Shown: positions 27,253-37,257 of the stretch, piece by piece | How the letters are laid out: each line of letters begins with the position of its first letter | Position numbering within the stretch: the stretch's first letter is position 1 | The notes under the pieces: generated by a model | What the model was told of the DNA's origin: nothing | Seen by the model: only the letters and a program-made list of their open reading frames with translations | Database searches by the model: none | Program-made: the position numbers and the translations under genes | Source of the DNA: Candidatus Multivorans sp. | Lineage (GTDB): Bacteria; Acidobacteriota; Thermoanaerobaculia; Multivoradales; Multivoraceae | Direction of reading: 5' to 3' | DNA: 64,000 nucleotides | NCBI GenBank assembly: GCA_965205095.1 | Contig: OZ242040.1 | Location: 640,553-704,552 of the forward strand

Positions 27253-29145
27253 TTGACCGGTTCCGCACGCCACCGCCGGCCGCCAAGGCTGCTGGTCGCT
27301 ACCGCCGCCATGGCGCTCACGGCCGCGTCCCACTTCGCGGGCCCGACAGGGGCCAACGCGCAGGACGGTCGGCCGCGGCTGGATCAGATTCGAGAGGACA
27401 TCGTGCTCCGCGAGTCGATAGACGTTCGGCTGATCAGTCTCGACGCCGTCGTCACCGACTCCTCCGACCGACCGGTGACCGGCCTGACCAAGGACGACTT
27501 CGAACTCAAGGTCCAGGACGAACCGGTCGAGATACTGAGCGTGGCCGCGGGAGAAGACCTCCGCACCACCGTCACCGGACGCCTGACGATTCTCCTCTTC
27601 ATCGACGAGCGCCACCTGCAGCGGAAGCACCGCGACGCGGCCCTGGCCGAGATCGCTGCAGCTCTCGACGAGGAGATTGCAGCCAACCCGACCTGGGTGG
27701 CGGCCGCCGCGTTCGGCGACCGTCTCGAGCCGCTGCTGTCGCCGACCCGCGACCGCGCGGCGGTGCGAGCGACGATCGAAGCGGCGATCGCACGGGACAT
27801 CCCGACGACGACCCTGCGCTCGCAGCAGCGCTCCGTTTCCCTGGCCATGAGGGAGACGCTGCGCCTGATGGCGGCGAGGGGCAGCCGCTACCGCCTCGGC
27901 GAGGCCTCCCTCGCCAGCGTGGAAGCGAACCTCCGCAGCTTCGGCGAGGCCCTGCGGCAGGACACCCTGCTGACCGTCAGCGCGGTGCGCTCGCTGGTCG
28001 AGGCGCTGGCTTTCGTTCCCGGCCGCAAGGCGATCCTGTTCGTGAGCGACGGCCTGCCCCGCCACCCCCTCGACAGCGCGGCCAAGACGATGTATGACCG
28101 CCTCGCGGGCGCTTCCCGGCAGATCGAGGGCGACGAGATGATCAGCGCCCGCGGCTCGCTCGACCTGAACGACCGCAATCACCGGCCCTTCGGCGTTGAC
28201 CGGGCAGACCGCATGGGCGTGGCGACGAACATCGTCCAGGTCGACGACGGCGGCGCATTCGCCTTCCAGACATTGGCCGCCGAGCTGAGCTGCGCGGACG
28301 CCTTCGATCAACTGGCGGCACTCGCGAACACTCACCGGGTCACCTTCTACCCGCTCAAGCCGCCGGTCATCGACCCGGCGATCAGCGAACTCGGCGAGAG
28401 CGCCAAGGACCGCGGCTCGATCGTCGAGCTGTCGAACGTACGGACGGGACTGAACAGTCTGGCCGGCCTGACCGGCGGGCTCTCCTTCGTCTCCGACACC
28501 GGCGTCGCCGAGTTCCTGCAGTCGACCCGCACCGACATCTCGACCTACTACTCGCTTTCTTTCACGCCTCCCGACTCGATGGGCGACACCGGCATTCGCG
28601 AGATCACCCTCCGGCTGCGGCAACGGCCTCTCGCCAGGAGCGGCTCGCTCCGCTACCGGGCGAGCTACGCGCCGGTGACGATCCAGCAGAACCTGGCCAG
28701 CCGAGCCTGGGGAACGCTGCTGTTCGGCTGGGAGGAGAACAACCACGGCATGGAGGTCCAGGTCAGGAGGTCCGCGATGCGCGAGCGGCCGGACCAGTCC
28801 GGGCACACGCCGCTGGAAGTCAGGGCCAGTCTGCCGATCGGCGACCTCGAACTCGCGCCGGTCCGGGCGACGCGCAACCCGGTCGCCAGCGGCTTCTTCC
28901 GCGTGGTGGTCCAGGTCCAGCGAGACGACGGCAGCCGGATGCCTCCCCAGCACTTCGACTTCGAACTGAACGTGCCGGTCGCCGAACTCGAGCAGGCCGC
29001 GGGCCAGTACATCGCCGTCCGCAGCGAAGTGCTCCTGTCGCCGGGGTCCTACCGGCTGGCGGTCGGCATCTGGGAGGAGAACAGCGGCCGCTCGTCCTTC
29101 GTGGTCCGGGAGCTGGCGGTGCAGGCCGACCCGAGCGTCGCCTGA
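27253..29145 (+). CDS. VWA domain protein (VWFA-related, acidobacterial type)
   Basis: VVTDSSDRPVTGLTKDDF, PGRKAILFVSDG, LAGLTGG, YYSLSFTP, LSPGSYRL. Confidence 0.85.
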   Translation: MTGSARHRRPPRLLVATAAMALTAASHFAGPTGANAQDGRPRLDQIREDIVLRESIDVRLISLDAVVTDSSDRPVTGLTKDDFELKVQDEPVEILSVAAGEDLRTTVTGRLTILLFIDERHLQRKHRDAALAEIAAALDEEIAANPTWVAAAAFGDRLEPLLSPTRDRAAVRATIEAAIARDIPTTTLRSQQRSVSLAMRETLRLMAARGSRYRLGEASLASVEANLRSFGEALRQDTLLTVSAVRSLVEALAFVPGRKAILFVSDGLPRHPLDSAAKTMYDRLAGASRQIEGDEMISARGSLDLNDRNHRPFGVDRADRMGVATNIVQVDDGGAFAFQTLAAELSCADAFDQLAALANTHRVTFYPLKPPVIDPAISELGESAKDRGSIVELSNVRTGLNSLAGLTGGLSFVSDTGVAEFLQSTRTDISTYYSLSFTPPDSMGDTGIREITLRLRQRPLARSGSLRYRASYAPVTIQQNLASRAWGTLLFGWEENNHGMEVQVRRSAMRERPDQSGHTPLEVRASLPIGDLELAPVRATRNPVASGFFRVVVQVQRDDGSRMPPQHFDFELNVPVAELEQAAGQYIAVRSEVLLSPGSYRLAVGIWEENSGRSSFVVRELAVQADPSVA

Positions 29146-29150
29146 CGCAA

Positions 29151-31382
29151 CTATCGCTGCAGCAGGTAGTTCAGCTTGACGATCAACTGCCGGCCCAGCG
29201 GCTCGCGGCGGCTGATCGTCTCGGCCGTCCAGTTCTCGTTGTAGACGATGAACAGGTCCGAGCCCGGACGGTAGATCCAGTGGAAGCGCGCGTTGACGCC
29301 GAGCAGCTCGTCGGACGTGTTGTACTGGGCCAGCAGGTTGAGCCGGATGTTCGGGCTGAAGGAGACGTCGATCCGCTGGCGGAACTGGTCGAAGCTGAAG
29401 GCGCCGGCCTGCAGCTTGACGTCCGCGTAGGTCCACTGCGTCGAGACGCGGAGGAAGCGGGACAGGCGAAAGGTCAACCCGGAGTTCGTTCTGAGCCAGT
29501 TGCCGTCGAAGAAACCGCCCCCGAAGGTGATGTTGTCGAACCAGACGGCCCGCCTGCCGCTCGTCGAGAACCCGCCGGCGAAGCCGTCGTTCTCGTAGAG
29601 ACCCGGCTGCACGACGATCCCGGGAGAGATCTCGAACGGCGCGAACAACTGTTCCTTCGTTCTCCGGACTCCGCCCCAGAGGAACTCGCCGCTCAGGGTC
29701 TGGACGCCCAGCGGCGAGATGCCGACCGTCTGGCTCTCGAGCCGGCCGTCGCTGCTCCGTTCGAAGCGTTCGTAGCTGAGATCCGACCACCAACTGAGGA
29801 GCCCCGCCTTCTCGATCCTCGGCCGCCACTCGAGGCGTGGATTGACCATCCGGAAGTCGCGACGCTGCAGGAATCCGACCGCCGGTTCGTAGTCCGGCTG
29901 CACCTCCACGTAGTCCCCCGTCAGACTGAGCTCCGGCCCCTGGTAGATGAAGCCGGCCCCACGCGACTCGTTGGCCTCCTGCTCGGAATCCGGGACTCCG
30001 CGATCGCTCACCGCCCAGAAACCGGAGAACTCGAGGCGTTGAGTCGGCTTGAAGTCGACGTCGAGGCCGTAGAGGCGTTCGCTCTCGTACCCCTCCCGGC
30101 TCCTCTCCGTGAAGATGCCGCCGACCGTCGATCGGTCGCCGATGTTCCGGGTGACCCGGGTCACGCCGTAGGTCGTGCCGGGAACGAGCATTTCGCCCGC
30201 CTCGCCATGGAGCGCCTCGGTCCGCGCACCGAGAGCGCCGACATTCCAGCCTCCGGCGCGGCCCGTGAGTCTGGCGCCGAGCTCGAGCGGGACCGTACGA
30301 CCCTGGTCGAGGCCGATACGGCGAGAGAAGAACGGCCTCATCAGCGCGCTCTCCCACGGAACCTTGGGCCTGGGACCGAAGTCGAACAAGCCGGCGTTCT
30401 CGAGGAAGAAGTCGCGCTTCTCGGGGAAGAACAGGGAGAAGCGGGTCAGGTTCACCTGCTGGTCGTCGACCTCGGTCTCGGCGAAGTCCGTGTTCCAGGT
30501 CAGGTCCAGGACCATCGAACGGCTCAGGCCCCACTTCAGGTCGATGCCTCCGTCCGAGTCGTCGGAACTGCCCAGGGCCGGATCCTCGGTGCGGCCGCCG
30601 ATGACATAGGGCTTCACGTCGAACTGACGCGAGGGCCGGAGACCTCGAAGACCGGTCAGATCGCCCGCCAGGGAAACCCGATACACCGCGATCTTCCCGA
30701 ACTGGTTGAGATCCTCGGCGCTTGCCTCGAGAGGCAATGCGGCCCAGTGCGTCTCCTCGTTGCGGCGGCGGATGATCCGCTGGACGTTGAGCCCCCACCG
30801 CTCGACCCGGGGATCGAAGCGCAGGGTGGAAACCGGAATCGCGATCTCCGCCACCCAGCCCGCCGCGGTCCGGCGCGCCGAAACCCGCCACACGCCGTCC
30901 CAGGCCCAGTTCACGTCCCGGCCCTCGTCGGTAATGAGGGCGTCGCCGCGGGCGCCGTTCGGGTTCGTCACCAGGACGTAGCCGTTGCGGAGATCGTGGA
31001 ACGTGTCCAGCATCAGGAGGATCGAGTCGTCCTGGAACAGGTCGCTGTCCCGCTCCATCTCCTTCGCCACGATCCGCTCCGGCTCGCCGTCGTTCGCGCG
31101 GACCGCGACGAAAAGGGTGTCCGGCGTGTAGGCGACGGCGAACTCGGTCGTTTCCGTCGACGGCGCGCCCGGACTCGGATCCCGCTGAGTGAAGTCGCCC
31201 GCCCACTCGGCTTCAAGCCAGGCGGAGTCCGTCAGCTCGCCGTCGACCCGAACCGGCTGGTCGATCTGGAGCGCAGCGAGACTGGGCCGGCCTTGGGCGT
31301 CGACGGGGGACGGCGCGAGGAACGACGGGAGAAGCAGTGCCGGGACCGACAGGACGGCCCGAAGCCGACGCACGCTCAGCAT
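29151..31382 (-). CDS. DUF5916 / CBM9-like domain outer-membrane protein (paralog of 10106-12409)
   Basis: Motifs shared with the paralog: AKEMERDS..FQDDS, NTDFAE, FPEKRDFFLENAG, HWIY.PGSDLF.VYNENW. Confidence 0.85.
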   Translation of the reverse strand: MLSVRRLRAVLSVPALLLPSFLAPSPVDAQGRPSLAALQIDQPVRVDGELTDSAWLEAEWAGDFTQRDPSPGAPSTETTEFAVAYTPDTLFVAVRANDGEPERIVAKEMERDSDLFQDDSILLMLDTFHDLRNGYVLVTNPNGARGDALITDEGRDVNWAWDGVWRVSARRTAAGWVAEIAIPVSTLRFDPRVERWGLNVQRIIRRRNEETHWAALPLEASAEDLNQFGKIAVYRVSLAGDLTGLRGLRPSRQFDVKPYVIGGRTEDPALGSSDDSDGGIDLKWGLSRSMVLDLTWNTDFAETEVDDQQVNLTRFSLFFPEKRDFFLENAGLFDFGPRPKVPWESALMRPFFSRRIGLDQGRTVPLELGARLTGRAGGWNVGALGARTEALHGEAGEMLVPGTTYGVTRVTRNIGDRSTVGGIFTERSREGYESERLYGLDVDFKPTQRLEFSGFWAVSDRGVPDSEQEANESRGAGFIYQGPELSLTGDYVEVQPDYEPAVGFLQRRDFRMVNPRLEWRPRIEKAGLLSWWSDLSYERFERSSDGRLESQTVGISPLGVQTLSGEFLWGGVRRTKEQLFAPFEISPGIVVQPGLYENDGFAGGFSTSGRRAVWFDNITFGGGFFDGNWLRTNSGLTFRLSRFLRVSTQWTYADVKLQAGAFSFDQFRQRIDVSFSPNIRLNLLAQYNTSDELLGVNARFHWIYRPGSDLFIVYNENWTAETISRREPLGRQLIVKLNYLLQR

Positions 31383-31389
31383 CGCCGGA

Positions 31390-33006
31390 TCATCCGGCGA
31401 GCCCCGAGCCTCGGCGCTCTTCGCGACGCCCAGCCAGAGAGTCGAGAATCCGGTGCGGGGCCGCACGCGCCTGCCGGTCGGCCGCACGGATCAACAGGAT
31501 TCCGAGTGCGAGGGCACAGAGAATCAGCGCCAGCCCTCCCAGGGTCGCCACCGGCGGCCCCCAGGCAACGTTCCGAGCCAGATGCTCGAACAGGAACGGA
31601 GTCCCCGCGGCGAGCCCGACGAAGCAGAGCGCCGCGCCGAAGCCGCCCGGATTGGACGGGAGCTTCATCGCGTAGGGCCCGATATCGACCGAATACGGCC
31701 AACGGACCGAAGAGTACGCTCCGAAGCCGAAACCGCCGATCAGGACGCCCGCGGGAAACGCCAGCCACAGGGCGAGGATCTCCCACCCCGGCCAGCCCAC
31801 GCGCTGCCATGCCCAGGCCACGGCGAGGCCGAAGACGAACGCGGGAAAGAGCGTCAGACCCTTGCCGCCGGCAGTTGCCAGGTCGACCAGGCGTACGGGC
31901 AGCAGGAAGCGCTCTCCGATCGAGCGGTGCGCGACCCCGTAGACGTTGTTGCGGAGCCCCAGCATGAACCCGACGATGATGAGGCCCTGCGCGATGCCCA
32001 GCAGACGGCCCGTCTGCACCAGCGGCGCCAGGAAGACGCCGAGAACCAGGATGCCGCGGACCCACTTCAGCCTCATCCACGAATCGAACTCGATCAGTGC
32101 CAGACAGGTCGAGGGCCGGAGACGCCGCGCGCGGCGCAGAATCCGCGCGAGCGGCAGGTGGACCCCGGTGACGTCGCCCGTTCGCGCCGACAGGACGGGG
32201 CGCTGGTTCCTCAGAATCCGATACTCGACCAGCATGCAGCCGGTGGCGGCGAGCCACAGAGCGGCCAACCGCGCGAGGTTCGCGCCGAGGTCCCGCGGCG
32301 CCTCGAAGATCGCGGCCACAAGGCCGCCCGGCAGGTAGCCGGCGGCCGTCAGCAACCGCGACTCGCGCATCTGGTCGGCGACCAGTTCGAGGACCGGCTG
32401 CTCCGTCAGATCGAGCGCCCGGTCCTTCATGACGGGCTCCGCCGCGAAGGCCGCCGCCAGCGCCAGAACAACCAGTGCAGCCGTCGTCATCCAGCTCGCG
32501 TTCAGGTCGTCGAGCTTGAGCAGAACGAGAGCAACCAGCCGGCCCAGCAGGACGACCAGAGCGACCGTCGCGAACAGGGCCGTGACGAGGTGCGCAAGAC
32601 CGTCGGTCCGCTTGAAGAGCAGGTAGACAATCGCCGGACCGAACGCGGCAACCCAGAGCCCGGACAGTCCGGCGCCGACCCGCAGCGCGTAGAGAGCGCT
32701 GAACCGGACCGGCAGCACCACCAGCCGCCGGACGTCGAAGTGCCGGGACATCTCGACCCGGACTACGACCGTCATGATCAGCCAGAACAGCACCCCCAGC
32801 CCCGCCAGAAGGTTCAGCGTGTTCCGCCGCAGCTTCTCGTCCGGCAGCTCGAAGGTCGCCGCCACGCCGAACGCCGCGAGCAGGCCCACGAACAGGAACC
32901 CGCCGGCCATCGCCAGCCGGCCCCAACGTTCCGTCCGACCCCGCCGCCAGTTGTCGCGCAGAAGGACCGGCAGCAACGCCCTGCACTCGCCCAGCACGCT
33001 CATCAT
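31390..33006 (-). CDS. Multi-pass membrane protein, paralog of the permease at 20439-22025
   Basis: LRRNTLNLLA, LPVRFSALYALR, GYLPGGLV, LPLARILRRARRL match the 20439 protein. Confidence 0.75.
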   Translation of the reverse strand: MMSVLGECRALLPVLLRDNWRRGRTERWGRLAMAGGFLFVGLLAAFGVAATFELPDEKLRRNTLNLLAGLGVLFWLIMTVVVRVEMSRHFDVRRLVVLPVRFSALYALRVGAGLSGLWVAAFGPAIVYLLFKRTDGLAHLVTALFATVALVVLLGRLVALVLLKLDDLNASWMTTAALVVLALAAAFAAEPVMKDRALDLTEQPVLELVADQMRESRLLTAAGYLPGGLVAAIFEAPRDLGANLARLAALWLAATGCMLVEYRILRNQRPVLSARTGDVTGVHLPLARILRRARRLRPSTCLALIEFDSWMRLKWVRGILVLGVFLAPLVQTGRLLGIAQGLIIVGFMLGLRNNVYGVAHRSIGERFLLPVRLVDLATAGGKGLTLFPAFVFGLAVAWAWQRVGWPGWEILALWLAFPAGVLIGGFGFGAYSSVRWPYSVDIGPYAMKLPSNPGGFGAALCFVGLAAGTPFLFEHLARNVAWGPPVATLGGLALILCALALGILLIRAADRQARAAPHRILDSLAGRREERRGSGLAG

Positions 33007-33185
33007 CGCGCGATCTTAGCCGCGCCATCGACCGTCTCAGGACGCGCGTCAAGTACTTCCGTCACGCCTGTTGCCCTGCCGCTTGCGGGCCGCAAACAGG
33101 TGTGCGAGGCGCGATACGCTGAGGAGTCCCAACCGGCAACGGGAGGCGACCGGCCGCCGGCGCCGAAAACCGCAGGAGACATACG

Positions 33186-34223
33186 ATGTCCGCACGCATG
33201 CTGTTGATCGCCCTGGGCTGCGCCGGCGCGGCCGGATTCCTCGGCGCCGCCGGCAACGACAAGACCTCCGACACGATGGCCTCGGCCGCGAACAACCTGC
33301 TCGCCGCCCTGAGCGATGAGCAGCGTGCGACCGTCATGCTCGACTTCGACGCCGCCGAACGCGTCGACTGGCACTTCATCCCCAAGGAGCGCAAGGGGTT
33401 GTCGATGCTGGACATGAGTCCCGACCAGCACCACCTGCTCCACGCCCTCCTCAGCGCCTCCCTCAGCCGCACGGGTTACGGCAAGACGACCACCGTGATG
33501 AGCCTGGAGTCCGTGCTGCGCAAGCTCGAGGAAGCGGCCGGCGCCAACCGTTTCACCTCGATGCGGGATCCGCTCCGCTACCACGTGACGTTCTTCGCAG
33601 AGCCGAGCGAAGAAGGCGACTGGGGCTGGAGCTTCGAGGGGCATCACGTGTCGCTCAACTTCACCGTCGTCGCCGGCCAGGCGACCGCCTCCACGCCGCT
33701 GTTCCTGGGCGCCAATCCCCACCGCGTCCCGAGCGGTCCGCGCGAGGGTCTGCGTGCCCTGGCCAACGAAGAAGACCTCGCTCGGGCGCTGCTCGATTCC
33801 CTAGACGACGACCAGCGAAAGCAGGCCGTGATCGGCGACGAGGCGCCACGCGACATCTTCACGTCGAACAAGCCGCGAGTGGAACCGGAGGAACCCGAGG
33901 GCCTGCCCGCAAGCGCGCTCCGGCCCGACCAGCGGGATCTTCTGGACGCCCTGATCGAGGAGTACGCGGGCAACGTCCCGCCGGACCTGGCCGAGAAGCG
34001 CCGAGCCCAGGTCGAAGCGGCCGGCGATGCGATCCACTTCGCCTGGATCGGTCCGGGCGAACCCGGCGCCCCCCACTATTACCGCGTGCAGGCACCCGAC
34101 TTCGTCATCGAGTACGACAACGTCCAGAACCGTGCGAACCACAGCCACACCGTCTGGCGCGACTTCGACGGCGACTTCGGCCGCGATCTGCTGGCGCAGC
34201 ACCACCGCGACTACAGGCACTGA
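33186..34223 (+). CDS. DUF3500 domain secreted protein
   Basis: WHFIPKERKG, WGWSFEGHHVSLN, PLFLGANP, YYRVQ, IEYDN, NHSHTVWRD, DFG.DLL. Confidence 0.9.
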   Translation: MSARMLLIALGCAGAAGFLGAAGNDKTSDTMASAANNLLAALSDEQRATVMLDFDAAERVDWHFIPKERKGLSMLDMSPDQHHLLHALLSASLSRTGYGKTTTVMSLESVLRKLEEAAGANRFTSMRDPLRYHVTFFAEPSEEGDWGWSFEGHHVSLNFTVVAGQATASTPLFLGANPHRVPSGPREGLRALANEEDLARALLDSLDDDQRKQAVIGDEAPRDIFTSNKPRVEPEEPEGLPASALRPDQRDLLDALIEEYAGNVPPDLAEKRRAQVEAAGDAIHFAWIGPGEPGAPHYYRVQAPDFVIEYDNVQNRANHSHTVWRDFDGDFGRDLLAQHHRDYRH

Positions 34224-34233
34224 CGCGGCCGCA

Positions 34234-34431
34234 AAACAAGATCCGCATAACCTGGCCCACTTATCCTCGAGTTATGAGGATCTTGTTTGGCCGCGAATCC
34301 AGAGAAAGAAGCCCCTCATAACTCGCCCACAAGGTCCCGCACGTTATGAGGATCTTGTTCTTCTGTATCTTCGGGACACACAAGATCTCCATAACCTGCC
34401 CACAAAGAAGGTCGCGTTATGAGGATCTTGT
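34234..34431. repeat. Three tandem palindromic units, 72-73 bp period
   Basis: GTTATGAGGATCTTGT at 34271, 34343 and 34416; each preceded about 20 nt earlier by a near-complement ACAAGATCYNCATAAC (degenerate in unit 2). Confidence 0.85.
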
Positions 34432-34443
34432 ATCTTCACGGAA

Positions 34444-36072
34444 TCACTCTGCAGTCGCCGGAACGTATCGTGTGCCGCGGCGCTCGCCGCGGCGCTCAAG
34501 GCGACCGCTCGCAACGAGCCGCGCAAGCACGGCCAGAGCCTGCGGACGGCTGAATCCCGTCCGCTCCCGCAGGAGCGCGTTGGTCACCGGGGTTTCCCGC
34601 GCCATCTTCAGCACAAGGGCGTCGACCTCCGCGACGCTGAGATGCCCGTGGCGCCGGTCCAAGTCTCTGCTGATCCGGTAGGCCGCACCGCCGCGCTCGC
34701 CCTCCTGCACCAGCAGTCCCGCATCCCGAAGCCGCTGGAGTACGCTGCGGGCAGCAAGCGCATCGACGCCCAGAATCTCCCTCGCCCTAGCATTCGTCAG
34801 CCGCTCTCCACGCGCCGCAACCACCAGGAGCAGACGGTCCTTGGGCTTCAACTCGCCTTGCTGCTCGAGTTCCTGGACCCAGGCCCTCTCTTCCCGAGTC
34901 ACCGTCGCTTCCAGCCGGAGCGTGACGGCAAACTCCCGGCCACCCCCCGGTTCGGAGAACTCCGGCTGCCCCAGCAGGTTCGCCGCCATCTCGTCTTCCA
35001 TGACGTCGATGCCGCGGCCGGCGTCCTCCGCAAGGTCGAAGCGCCGCAGAGCAGCAATCACGGTCTGGTTCCGCGCCGCGCTTTGCTCCCGGATGTTCTT
35101 GACCGTCACCGGCTCCGGCAGCCCTCCCGGAGAAGTGACGACCACGCGATTCGGTCGAATCTCGATCCGGGCCGAGGTGCCTCTCATCTCGTACGAGCGG
35201 TGCGCGACCGCATTGGCGATCGCCTCTCGCACGACCTTCTCAGGCAGGCGCGGAAGCTCGTGCCGATACAGACCCGGCACGACCAGGTCGAAGCCGACCT
35301 CGCGCATCACGATCTCCGTCGTCCTCTCGACCTGGGCCGGCAACGGGCCTGCGACCTCCTCCCTGCGGTCGTAGGCGTCGCCCTCGTCTCGATACCGGAA
35401 GATCTCCACGAACGCCTTGCCGAGAAACCGTTTCGGTTCGGGCGTCAGGTAAAGCACGCCCGCGACCGTCAACCGACCGTCGTCAGTAGCGAAGCCCTGC
35501 TCTCGGAGGCGATCCTCCAGGCTCTCGCTGCTCCAGCCCCAGGCGCGAGCGAGCTCCTTCATCAGCCCGGCGTCCGCCTCAGCCAACGGGACCACCGTCG
35601 CGGTGGCCTCAAAGCTCTGCAAGGCACGTGCGGCCACAAGCTCAGACAAGGCACGTCCGACCAACGGCCTGTTAGAGGCACCTCGCCGAACCAGCACCCG
35701 ACCTTCGGAAGTTTGGGCAACGCCCTCTTCCCGCGGCGAAACCGAGACCACAACGATCGACGTGTCTCCGACTTGGAGCTCGCGAATCTCGAAGCGGCCC
35801 GGGTCATGCAGATTCCCTACGACTTCATGAAGTCGTTTCTCGTGCTCACCGGTAAGGCGAGCGCCGGGCACGGAGCCGTCGTCCAGGACGCCGATCAGGA
35901 TTACGCCGCCTTCCGCGTTTGAGAACCCCACCACTGCGGCTCCGATCTGCTTCCTCGAGAACCCCAGCTTGGCCTCCACGAATCTGCTCTCCACGCGGTT
36001 TCGGCCAGCGGACTCCAAGACGAACTCCCGCCGGAACTCCGCCATGGTCATCGACTGAGGCCCCGACCTCAT
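34444..36072 (-). CDS. AlbA_2 (Schlafen-like) + HATPase_c_4 + wHTH protein (often labelled RecG-like ATP-binding protein/regulator)
   Basis: ESRFVEAK, GFSNAEGGVILIGVLDDG, REAIANAVAHRSY, VTSPGGLP, RN, EDAGRGI, two GER.G..Y HTH ends; start uncertain. Confidence 0.9.
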   Translation of the reverse strand: MRSGPQSMTMAEFRREFVLESAGRNRVESRFVEAKLGFSRKQIGAAVVGFSNAEGGVILIGVLDDGSVPGARLTGEHEKRLHEVVGNLHDPGRFEIRELQVGDTSIVVVSVSPREEGVAQTSEGRVLVRRGASNRPLVGRALSELVAARALQSFEATATVVPLAEADAGLMKELARAWGWSSESLEDRLREQGFATDDGRLTVAGVLYLTPEPKRFLGKAFVEIFRYRDEGDAYDRREEVAGPLPAQVERTTEIVMREVGFDLVVPGLYRHELPRLPEKVVREAIANAVAHRSYEMRGTSARIEIRPNRVVVTSPGGLPEPVTVKNIREQSAARNQTVIAALRRFDLAEDAGRGIDVMEDEMAANLLGQPEFSEPGGGREFAVTLRLEATVTREERAWVQELEQQGELKPKDRLLLVVAARGERLTNARAREILGVDALAARSVLQRLRDAGLLVQEGERGGAAYRISRDLDRRHGHLSVAEVDALVLKMARETPVTNALLRERTGFSRPQALAVLARLVASGRLERRGERRGTRYVPATAE

Positions 36073-36234
36073 GTCACGGGGGTGGAACAAGGGATATGCC
36101 AATTTTCTTTCCGCCTGAAAGGTCAGATTCAAGTTTGTCATAACTGCCTGCGGAGGCATCGAAGCGGCGACCACTGCATGTCAACGCCAGGAGCGTTGCT
36201 AGGGTACGCGCCCAAACCACCCAGGAGGCGCTTG

Positions 36235-37257
36235 ATGTCAGCACCCGCTCCCGGCACAGCCGGGTGGCTTGCCCAGGTCCAGGAAGAAACCGTCGACCCA
36301 TTCCGCCGGATCGTCGACCCGCACCACCACCTGTGGCGACGTCCCACCGGCGATTATCTCCTCGAGGACCTGTGGGGCGACACCGAAGCGGTCGGTTCCG
36401 ACGGCGAGAGCCACAACGTCGAGAGGACCGTGTTCGTCGAGTGCCGGGCCTGCTACCGCGAGGACGGTCCCGAGCACCTGCGCTGCGTCGGCGAGACGGA
36501 GTTCGTGGCGGAAGCTGCCGCCGCCTCCGCCGCGGGCGACGGCGCGACCATCTCCGGCATCGTCAGCCACGCGAACCTGACCCTGGGCGAAGGCGTCGCG
36601 GAAGTGCTCGACGCCCACGAGGAAGCCGGCAACGGACTGTTCCGCGGAATCCGCCACGCGGGCGCCCGCGATCCCCATCCCGAGCACCTGCGGATCGCCG
36701 GACGGGCGCCCGAGGGTCTCTACGGTCGCGAGGACTTCCGGCGCGGCATGAGAGTGCTCGGCGACCGCGGTCTGACCTTCGACACCTGGCACTACCACCA
36801 CCAGAACCGCGACTTCGCCGCCTTGGCGCGCGCCGTGCCCGGGACGACGATGGTTCTCGACCACTTCGGCACGCCGCTGGGCGTCGGCCCCTACGCGGAC
36901 AGCCGCGAGGAGATCTTCGAGGCCTGGAAGGACGACATCGCCGAGATCGCCGCGTGTCCCAACGTGGTCGCCAAGATCGGCGGCCTGGCCATGCCGGACA
37001 ACGGCTTCGGCTGGAGCGAGCGCGCCACTCCCGCGACCTCGGACGAACTCGTCGCCGCGCAGCGCCGCTACTACCTGCACACGATCGATCGCTTCGGCCC
37101 CGAGCGATGCATGTTCGAGAGCAACTTCCCCGTCGACAAGCTCTCCATCCCGTACCACGCGATGTACAACGGCCTGAAGAAGATCGCGGCCGGCTTCCCG
37201 GACGACGAACAGGACGCGATGTTCTACCGGACCGCGGCCCGGGTCTACTCCTTGTGA
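36235..37257 (+). CDS. Amidohydrolase family 2 protein
   Basis: VDPHHHLW, FRGIRH, LDHFG, KIGGL, FGPERCMFESNFPVD. Confidence 0.92.
   Translation: MSAPAPGTAGWLAQVQEETVDPFRRIVDPHHHLWRRPTGDYLLEDLWGDTEAVGSDGESHNVERTVFVECRACYREDGPEHLRCVGETEFVAEAAAASAAGDGATISGIVSHANLTLGEGVAEVLDAHEEAGNGLFRGIRHAGARDPHPEHLRIAGRAPEGLYGREDFRRGMRVLGDRGLTFDTWHYHHQNRDFAALARAVPGTTMVLDHFGTPLGVGPYADSREEIFEAWKDDIAEIAACPNVVAKIGGLAMPDNGFGWSERATPATSDELVAAQRRYYLHTIDRFGPERCMFESNFPVDKLSIPYHAMYNGLKKIAAGFPDDEQDAMFYRTAARVYSL

Noticed and set aside
27133-31206. 1357-aa minus-strand ORF
   Set aside because: Arg/Pro/Gly-rich off-frame product overlapping the real VWA and DUF5916 genes.
34234-34431. CRISPR array
   Set aside because: The period is CRISPR-like, but the units are inverted arm pairs with ~20-nt inserts that partly resemble each other, and no cas genes are in the window.
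36264-37253. N-terminal part of the 785-aa ORF 36264..38621
   Set aside because: Off-frame overlap with the amidohydrolase; the PHP-like gene most plausibly starts at GTG 37254.
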